From NCBI GenBank assembly GCA_964549355.1, contig CAZJUS010000021.1, forward strand, positions 1 to 14,037: 14,037 nt of DNA, in the 5' to 3' direction. Below are positions 8,323 to 14,037 of this stretch, in pieces (position 1 is the stretch's first letter; the number at the start of each line of letters is the position of its first letter). The notes under the pieces are model-generated. The model ran no database searches and had not been told where the DNA came from. It saw only the letters and a list, made by a program, of their open reading frames with translations. This stretch comes from Candidatus Undinarchaeota archaeon. GTDB taxonomy: Archaea; SpSt-1190. Both the position numbers and the translations under genes were made by a program.

Positions 8323-9420
8323 ATGCACAAGCCCATCGGCATTTCTGCTTACCTCAAGAACATCTCCATCAGCAGAACTGAGGAAAAGAGGCTGGAAGAA
8401 ATCAGCGGGATTCTTCAGGATTCCAGCATAATAATAACCGGCGGGAAGGGCAGGTCGGGGTTCGCCTCCCAAATCGGGGCGAGGATGCTGAAGACCCACA
8501 AGACCAACGCTTTTTTCTACAGCGATGTCGGGCTCCCCCTTAAACAGTCCCTCGCGAAAACCAGGACAGTCGCCCTGCTGACATCCAGCAGCGGGACTAC
8601 AGAGGAGATGGTACGCCTCGCCGAAGAGCTCAAGCGGCTGGGCTCCACCATCATCAGCTTCACATCGTACGTCACAGCCCCTTTGGCCAAGCTGTCAGAT
8701 ATAGTCGTCCCCCTGCCACGCAGGGCGAAAAGTGAAGGCGGGACTTATTTCGAACGGCAGGTCGTGACTACGGAAGAGCCGACGATGGGCGACCTCCCTG
8801 AAGAAAGGTCGCTTTTCCTTTTCTACCTCCTGGCCAAAATGATAAGGGGGATGAAAGCGGAGCCGAAGCAGGAAATAGATGCTTTCAAGAAGTGGTTCAC
8901 AAAAAACACGGACAGCATCGCTGAATTCAAAAATTGGGTGAAAGCCTACTGGAACAGCGGGATTATGTTTGTGAGCCGGGGCACCAGCAATTCAGTCTCG
9001 GGCATGGTGGCGAACAGGGCGACCCACTACCACATGAACTGCAGGCTGGCCACCAGCCCGACTTCCACACCCCTTGACCATCATGAACTCGCCCTCATCA
9101 TTTCAGGGTCGGCGGATACCGCCTACGGGCGCATGGTAGACAAAATCCACCGCAGGATGCAGATAAGGCTGAGCAAATCAAAGAAATCATCACCCGCAAT
9201 AGTTGCAGTGACCGGCAAGAGTGCCGGCTGGCTCAAGGAATGCGACGCCCGCTTGATTCTTGGGGGTGCGGACCCGGACGGCCGGATGCTCCACACGGAG
9301 AGGCCTCCGCAGGCCTTCTACTTCAGGGCCCCCATCGTGCTCAATATGGTCCTGCGGAGCATTGCAGCCGAGAAGGGGCTGACTGAAAAGTTCGCCGAGC
9401 TGAGGCACATCAACCTTTAG
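8323..9420 (+). CDS. Tandem SIS-domain protein (6-phospho-3-hexuloisomerase/HxlB-like fold, duplicated and divergent)
   Basis: Domain 1: TGGKGRSG, TSSSGTTEEMVRLAEE, ISFTS...PLAKLSDIVV. Domain 2: SRGTS, ALIISGSADT, IVAVTG...CDARLIL. TATA-like CTTAAAT about 25 nt upstream. Confidence 0.8.
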   Translation: MHKPIGISAYLKNISISRTEEKRLEEISGILQDSSIIITGGKGRSGFASQIGARMLKTHKTNAFFYSDVGLPLKQSLAKTRTVALLTSSSGTTEEMVRLAEELKRLGSTIISFTSYVTAPLAKLSDIVVPLPRRAKSEGGTYFERQVVTTEEPTMGDLPEERSLFLFYLLAKMIRGMKAEPKQEIDAFKKWFTKNTDSIAEFKNWVKAYWNSGIMFVSRGTSNSVSGMVANRATHYHMNCRLATSPTSTPLDHHELALIISGSADTAYGRMVDKIHRRMQIRLSKSKKSSPAIVAVTGKSAGWLKECDARLILGGADPDGRMLHTERPPQAFYFRAPIVLNMVLRSIAAEKGLTEKFAELRHINL

Positions 9421-9474
9421 CAACATCGGCGGTTTGATAACGCATTTAAGCCAGGGGATGCCAATTAAACTGCT

Positions 9475-9548
9475 GGGCCAGTAGCCTAGTTTGGAAGGGC
9501 GACAGCCTTCTAAGCTGTAAGTCGCGGGTTCAAATCCCGCCTGGCCCG
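9475..9548 (+). tRNA. tRNA-Arg(TCT)
   Basis: Acceptor GGGCCAG/CTGGCCC with discriminator G. Anticodon arm ACAGC-CT-TCT-AA-GCTGT. T arm GCGGG-TTCAAAT-CCCGC. TTTAAG box at 9445-9450. Confidence 0.97.
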
Positions 9549-9751
9549 CGAGCTTTTAGAAAAAGCCCGACCAAAACATACTGTCGAGCGAGTGGAGCGA
9601 GCGAAGACAGTATAAAGCGTGAACCGATTTCGGTTCTTCCCGCCTGGCCCGCGAGCTTTTAGAAAAAGCCCGACGAACTTTTTGGAAAAGTTTCATCAAA
9701 ACAGATGCTGCTTCGCCTATCGGCTCAGCAGTATGCAAGCCCGACCAAAAC
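9535..9751 (+). mobile_element. Stack of putative miniature hairpin elements at the tRNA-Arg 3' end, including one nested insertion
   Basis: 37-bp direct repeat at 9535-9571 and 9638-9674 (14 nt of tRNA 3' end plus the start of the head). Heads at 9549-9577 and 9674-9702, and a split head at 9652-9674 plus 9746-9751. Hairpins at 9578-9613, 9621-9636 and 9705-9734. 9-bp repeat AAGCCCGAC at 9666-9674 and 9737-9745. Confidence 0.65.
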
Positions 9752-9817
9752 AGGGGCCCGCCGGTCCAAAGCTATACACCGCAAAACACATAATTAAGGC
9801 TGGAGCTTCTATCTTTT

Positions 9818-11863
9818 GTGGGGCGTTCGACTGTACACTACATGCTTCCGGTCTATCTCATGTTCTTCACTTTTTTCTCCACTATGGTCGGCCTGAAAAT
9901 TACACAGGTCTTCACTTCCCCGGAGATGTTTATTGACAGCGCTGCTCAGAACGCCGCCAAGACCATTGAGAATGTCTGCGCCGACGTCTTTGTCCAGAGG
10001 GATATCCCCGCCCCCCCTATGAGAAGTTTGTATCAGATTTCAAGGTGCGATGCAGTTGCAGCCCGGGCCACAATATCAGGGATTTGGATGGCTGCGGATT
10101 TTGCGGGAATGTTGACGGGGATTGGAGATTTGTTTAAAAATTTCAATCCAAAGGAAATAGAAGAGACAATAAAATCTGCAGAAAAAGTGACCAAAGAGCT
10201 TGAAAATGTAAAGGACATTGGATCTTTGACCGATGCCACCGAGGATGTAATCAAACATTCTGAAGACGCTGTCCAGGACGTTCGAGAAATCACCAAAGAA
10301 GCAAAAAAAATTGGAAATCTTGATGAAGTGGGCCACATTGAAAAGGAGCTTGATAAAATTGAAGAGCTCACTGAAACCATGAAGGGGGTAAAGAAGGAAT
10401 TGTCGGAAGTGGAAACAGAGCTTAAACATGTGGGGACTGAGTTCAACCCCGACGGCGAATATGCGACCTATGAAGAGTGGCTTGATGCCAAAAATTCTCT
10501 GGAAGCAAAAAGAGCAGGATTGGAGGATGAATTGAGCGATGTTACGGCCAGATTTACCCAAAGCTGGAATAATGTTGATGTTCTGTTGGGGACGGTCCAA
10601 GAAAGTGCAGGGAACATCATCAAACTGGCGAAAGACGGCAAGCTGGCCCAGATTGCAAAGGAAACAGGCAAACAGCGTTTCCTATATCTCAGCAAATCTG
10701 GAGTCTTGGTAAATACTGGAAAAAAGGCCCAGGGGGTATGGGCGCGGTCGCAATTGCTTTTCATCAAAAATGTAAACATAATGCCTGTTCTCCAGTTCGC
10801 CCTTCCCGGCCTGGAAGACCTGAGCATGGTGATTGATGTCCTGAAAAGCGCACATGTTGGAATTCCAATATACCCCAGCGTTGCAATGGCCCTCAACATT
10901 ACAGACTTTGAAGGCTTCAACGACACTGCCAAGCTGGCTATCAACATGAGCATCAAGTACAACGATGCCTGCTATGAAAACAAAACAGACCTGATGAATT
11001 CCCTGAGAGGCCTGGGGTTCTACAATACCCTCAACACTGTGAACGGCCTGGACTGCGAAGACATTTTTCCGATCCGGAGCGGAGAATTTGTTTCGAAGGC
11101 TCTGGCATACAGCGCGCTTGTTGATTTTGAAGACGCACTGGACGCTTACAGGGATTCGAAAAGGTTCCCGGAGCAGACCATTGAGACTTTCATCCGCAGG
11201 ACCAAGGCCCTCCAAACAACTGCACTCAACAGGTCGATAAGTTTTGGGGAGATTGCGGAAGAGGTCGGGGGCTGGGGCGAGCCTGAGATAACTGCAGGCC
11301 TGGCGGCCTTCATGGAGGACTTGGACAAAAAAGACAAGGAGTTTGAAAGCCTTGCCGGGGAATGGGAGCAGCTCCAGCACAGCATTGCAGATTATATGGT
11401 CCGCAGCAGGGAGTGCAGGACCATCACGCTCACCAACAACGACCCGGAATCGGCAAGTGAAATGAATGAAATTGCAATCTCGAACTGCGGTATTGTTCTG
11501 GATTGCTACCTGCAGGACAAATGTGTTGTGGGCCTTCCTGTTGTAAAATCAGACCCTTGGATTCCGTATCTGCCTGTGGCAGTCATCGATGCCGAGGACG
11601 TGGGCGACTTGGGCAGGCTGTTCGGCTTCAGCTATGGATCCGATACAAAGACGGTTTCGCCAGGATTCATGAATCTCTGCTCAGGGAACAAAAAAGTGAT
11701 GGTGTGTGCGGTGACAGGCCCTTTCAAGAGCTGCAAGGTGGTCCACTGCGGGCGAAAGATAGACATAGACTGGAACTTCAATCCAATCATAACGGTGGTG
11801 TCTGAGGAAGATGCAAGGGGCAACCCAGTGGTCAGAATCAGCGGCAACTTCCTTGAATGGTGA
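9818..11863 (+). CDS. 681-aa N-terminally membrane-anchored protein with central coiled coil and Cys-containing C-terminal domain; unknown function
   Basis: GTG start about 25 nt after TAATTAAG. Hydrophobic YMLPVYLMFFTFFSTMVGL. E/K-rich heptad region at about aa 110-250. Several Cys in the C-terminal third. Confidence 0.85.
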   Translation: MGRSTVHYMLPVYLMFFTFFSTMVGLKITQVFTSPEMFIDSAAQNAAKTIENVCADVFVQRDIPAPPMRSLYQISRCDAVAARATISGIWMAADFAGMLTGIGDLFKNFNPKEIEETIKSAEKVTKELENVKDIGSLTDATEDVIKHSEDAVQDVREITKEAKKIGNLDEVGHIEKELDKIEELTETMKGVKKELSEVETELKHVGTEFNPDGEYATYEEWLDAKNSLEAKRAGLEDELSDVTARFTQSWNNVDVLLGTVQESAGNIIKLAKDGKLAQIAKETGKQRFLYLSKSGVLVNTGKKAQGVWARSQLLFIKNVNIMPVLQFALPGLEDLSMVIDVLKSAHVGIPIYPSVAMALNITDFEGFNDTAKLAINMSIKYNDACYENKTDLMNSLRGLGFYNTLNTVNGLDCEDIFPIRSGEFVSKALAYSALVDFEDALDAYRDSKRFPEQTIETFIRRTKALQTTALNRSISFGEIAEEVGGWGEPEITAGLAAFMEDLDKKDKEFESLAGEWEQLQHSIADYMVRSRECRTITLTNNDPESASEMNEIAISNCGIVLDCYLQDKCVVGLPVVKSDPWIPYLPVAVIDAEDVGDLGRLFGFSYGSDTKTVSPGFMNLCSGNKKVMVCAVTGPFKSCKVVHCGRKIDIDWNFNPIITVVSEEDARGNPVVRISGNFLEW

Positions 11864-11868
11864 TCCTT

Positions 11869-12189
11869 TCACTTTTCATTCTTCCGAATGCTTGTGAGCT
11901 TCTGCTTCAATTCATCCGACATCATGTCAGGAGTCCAGGCAGGTTCAAACACCACTTCAATGTCCGGCTCGAAGCCTGCCTCCTTCACTTTCTGCTCCAC
12001 ATCCCCGACAATCAGGGAGCTGAGGGGGCACATGGGGGTTGACAAGGTCATCTTGACATGGGCCTTCCTGCCGTCGGCTCCGCCTACCTTGGCTTCATAG
12101 ATGAAACCCAAATCCACTATACTGACCCCCAGCTCAGGGTCTACAACTTTCTTGAGTGCTTCCATTAATTTTTCATTTGCCATTTTCAT
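11869..12189 (-). CDS. Metal-sulfur cluster assembly factor (SufT/DUF59 family); start could be 12192, 12189 or 12183
   Basis: Signature LKKVVDPELGVSIVDLGFIY...MTLSTPMCPL...VFEPAWTPDMMS. Confidence 0.93.
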   Translation of the reverse strand: MKMANEKLMEALKKVVDPELGVSIVDLGFIYEAKVGGADGRKAHVKMTLSTPMCPLSSLIVGDVEQKVKEAGFEPDIEVVFEPAWTPDMMSDELKQKLTSIRKNEK

Positions 12190-12206
12190 CACTTGTTTCA
12201 GTCCTT

Positions 12207-12327
12207 GTGCGGCCGCCGGGATTCCGAGCTTGACGAAGCTCGACCACGGCGCCTGCTTCGCCCGCTTCGCGGCTCAGCAGGCAGAGCGTATTTTTTCTGG
12301 CTGTCCGGAGTGCGACCGCCGGGATTC
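12207..12327 (-). mobile_element. Putative miniature hairpin element downstream of tRNA-Gly, flanked by a 17/18-identical duplication of the tRNA 3' end
   Basis: GTGCGGCCGCCGGGATTC (12207-12224) versus GTGCGACCGCCGGGATTC (12310-12327). Hairpins at 12225-12242 and 12251-12282. No recognisable 29-nt head. Confidence 0.55.
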
Positions 12328-12382
12328 GAACCCGGGTCGCAAGCTTGGGAAGCTCAAATGCTAACCACTACACCACGGTCGC
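12311..12382 (-). tRNA. tRNA-Gly(CCC)
   Basis: On the - strand: acceptor GCGACCG/CGGTCGC with discriminator A, anticodon loop TT-CCC-AA, short variable loop, T arm CCGGG-TTCGAAT-CCCGG. Confidence 0.96.
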
Positions 12383-12397
12383 ACAGCCTTTGCGAAG

Positions 12398-12491
12398 CGA
12401 ACGCCACGGCGTTCGATCGCGGTAGCCGTCACTCGTTCCGCAGGACTTGTGACGGCCAGATAGTTTTGGTCGGGCTTTTTTTAAAAGCTCG
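12398..12491 (-). repeat. Head plus two-hairpin unit upstream of tRNA-Gly
   Basis: Head 12491-12463 (- strand) is 28/29 identical to 9549-9577. Hairpins at 12425-12456 (GCCGTCAC/GTGACGGC) and 12398-12415 (CGAACGCC/GGCGTTCG). No flanking duplication seen. Confidence 0.7.
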
Positions 12492-12492
12492 G

Positions 12493-13350
12493 TTATTTGA
12501 ATCTCGCCCAGAGGTCTTCGGCCTTGTGTTTCCTCTCTGGAATTTCCTCGTGCCAAACCCGGACGCCGATTTTTTCCTCCAGCGTCGGATACTGCGTTTC
12601 ATAGAATATGCCGACAGGGATGCGCGCATTGTCCTCCTTGGTGTAATTCCAGCTTCTGGCCGTCCTGACTGCATTCTCCAGATCCATCGGCTCGATGCGG
12701 TACATCCTGTCCTTCAGGAACTCCCGGACATCATGGAAGGTTATGCAGGGCTGGATGATTTCGACCACCGAGGCCCCTCTGTGCTTGATGGCCTTCTTGA
12801 GGGTCTCCGACAAATTGGGCAGGTCGAGCGCGTATTCCCTGGCCACAAAGCTTGCCCCCGACTCCAAGGCGAGGGTGATTGGGTTTATCGGCCGGAAAGG
12901 GCTGCCGTGCGGAGTGCTCTTGCCCACAAATCCCGGCTCGGAAGTCGGCGTGGCCTGCCCCGTGGTCAGGGCAAAAAGCTGGTTGTCGTGGATGACATAG
13001 GTTGCATCCAGATTGTACCTGCAGAAGTGAATGAAGTGAGACATGCCCTCCGCGAATGCATCGCCGTCCCCCGAAAAGCCAATAACTTTCAGGTTCGGGT
13101 TGGCCAGCTTGATTCCAGCCATCACAGGAGGGACCCTGCCGTGCAGGCCGTAAAAACCATTCAAATTCAGATAATCATAAATCTTTGCGTGGCACCCAAT
13201 CCCTGCAACAGTTGTGAATTGCTCTTTTGTGAACGAACCTTCATTCACTAAATCTGTGATTGCTTTTTTTACGCCGGCCATCACCATGAAATTAGTGCAT
13301 CCGGGGCACCATGTATTCGGAACAGTCGTGTTTAAATCATTCACATTCAT
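12493..13350 (-). CDS. korB: 2-oxoacid:ferredoxin oxidoreductase beta subunit (TPP-binding; KorB/PorB family)
   Basis: WCPGC, GIGC, LHGR, GDGDA...DN TPP motif, TGQATPT and QPCITF. ATGA overlap with the alpha-subunit stop. SD-like GGAGGGTGA upstream. Substrate specificity cannot be determined. Confidence 0.93.
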   Translation of the reverse strand: MNVNDLNTTVPNTWCPGCTNFMVMAGVKKAITDLVNEGSFTKEQFTTVAGIGCHAKIYDYLNLNGFYGLHGRVPPVMAGIKLANPNLKVIGFSGDGDAFAEGMSHFIHFCRYNLDATYVIHDNQLFALTTGQATPTSEPGFVGKSTPHGSPFRPINPITLALESGASFVAREYALDLPNLSETLKKAIKHRGASVVEIIQPCITFHDVREFLKDRMYRIEPMDLENAVRTARSWNYTKEDNARIPVGIFYETQYPTLEEKIGVRVWHEEIPERKHKAEDLWARFK

Positions 13351-14036
13351 TTTATCACCCTCCTCATTTTGTTCACAATTTCATGCGAGGTAAACGGACG
13401 TGCATCATACTTCACTATTTTATGGTCCGCTGTAATTCCTGTGAATTCCCGGAGCATGCCTGCGATTGCGCAGGTTGCCGAGTTTTCAACTGCGGTTATG
13501 CTTCGGGAGCCCTTCAGGGCTTCTTCAACCTGCCTGGCGGGGAAGGGGCGGAGGTATGAAATTTGCACGAATTTAACGTTTTTCAGCCGTTTCAAAGCGT
13601 CCATTATGGCGCCTTTGGTCGAGCCCCAGGAGACAATGGTGTGCCTGCCCGAGCCGTGGACGGTGACCGGCTCCAGCTTGGCTACCGCTTTCTCGAGGGT
13701 CTTTGCCTTGCGGAGCCGTTTGCCCACCATCTTGATTATGCTGGGTTCGTCCTCGACAGTCAGGCCGTGTTCATCATGTTCATAGCTGGTTGCCCGGACG
13801 ACCCCTTTCTTTCCCGGGGCGGCTCTTGGGCTCGCGCCGTCCTTGGTGACTGCATAATTTTTGAAATCTTCGCCGGCTTCAACCAGCATTCTTTCATTGT
13901 TCACTCTCAGCTGGGGAAGTGAATCGTGGGTGTAGTTGCTTTCGGCCAAATGTTTGTCGCCTATCAGCAGGCCGAGCACCCTGAATCTGCTGGCAAGGTA
14001 GAACGCCTCCACTGTCCTTTCAAAGGCTTCCCTGGC
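13347..14036 (-). CDS. korA: 2-oxoacid:ferredoxin oxidoreductase alpha subunit, C-terminal part (5'-truncated by the window)
   Basis: Frame is open to the window edge (AREAFERTVEAFYLA...). Motifs DKHLA, EHDEHG, IVSWGST, LRPFP, VEN and KYDARPF. Adjacent to the beta subunit. Confidence 0.92.
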   Translation of the reverse strand, partial: AREAFERTVEAFYLASRFRVLGLLIGDKHLAESNYTHDSLPQLRVNNERMLVEAGEDFKNYAVTKDGASPRAAPGKKGVVRATSYEHDEHGLTVEDEPSIIKMVGKRLRKAKTLEKAVAKLEPVTVHGSGRHTIVSWGSTKGAIMDALKRLKNVKFVQISYLRPFPARQVEEALKGSRSITAVENSATCAIAGMLREFTGITADHKIVKYDARPFTSHEIVNKMRRVIK

Positions 14037-14037
14037 G

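Noticed and set aside
9535..9674. 37-bp direct repeat as a CRISPR array
   Set aside because: Only two copies, a 66-bp structured spacer, the repeat overlaps the tRNA 3' end, and there are no cas genes in the window.
9556..9936. Short ORFs over the tRNA-Arg repeat stack (9556-9738 on -, 9619-9936 on +)
   Set aside because: They translate repeat and hairpin DNA, and the latter overlaps the 681-aa gene out of frame.
9548..12311. Integrated provirus or genomic island between the tRNAs
   Set aside because: The duplicated tRNA ends enclose only about 80-90 bp each. There are no integrase or viral genes, and the region includes housekeeping SufT.
12193..13251. 352-aa + strand ORF
   Set aside because: It is the antisense shadow of korB and runs across tRNA-Gly and the hairpin units. 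No protein-like motifs.

Overview
Chromosomal segment that looks archaeal and probably DPANN-like (inferred from CCA-less tRNA genes, TATA-like boxes about 25 bp upstream of starts, and giant Cys-rich surface proteins). The left half holds unknown proteins: a 712-aa two-TM protein with a perfect 248-bp internal duplication of a Ca-binding-like module, and a 1404-aa Cys-rich surface protein. The right half holds a CYTH enzyme, a small membrane protein, a tandem-SIS protein, a 681-aa membrane-anchored coiled-coil protein, a SufT/DUF59 protein and the 2-oxoacid:ferredoxin oxidoreductase beta and partial alpha subunits, plus three tRNAs: Ser(CGA), Arg(TCT) and Gly(CCC). The most striking unexplained signal is non-coding. 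All three tRNA genes carry ~60-95-nt modular hairpin inserts. Most begin with a conserved 29-nt head (CRARCTTTTWRRAAAAGYYYSAYCAAAAC), followed by one or two variable hairpins. Most are flanked by 9-20-bp duplications of the target (the tRNA 5' end, the tRNA 3' end, or another head), and one is nested inside another. This looks like a family of tRNA-targeting miniature non-autonomous elements. No mobilising enzyme is encoded in the window.
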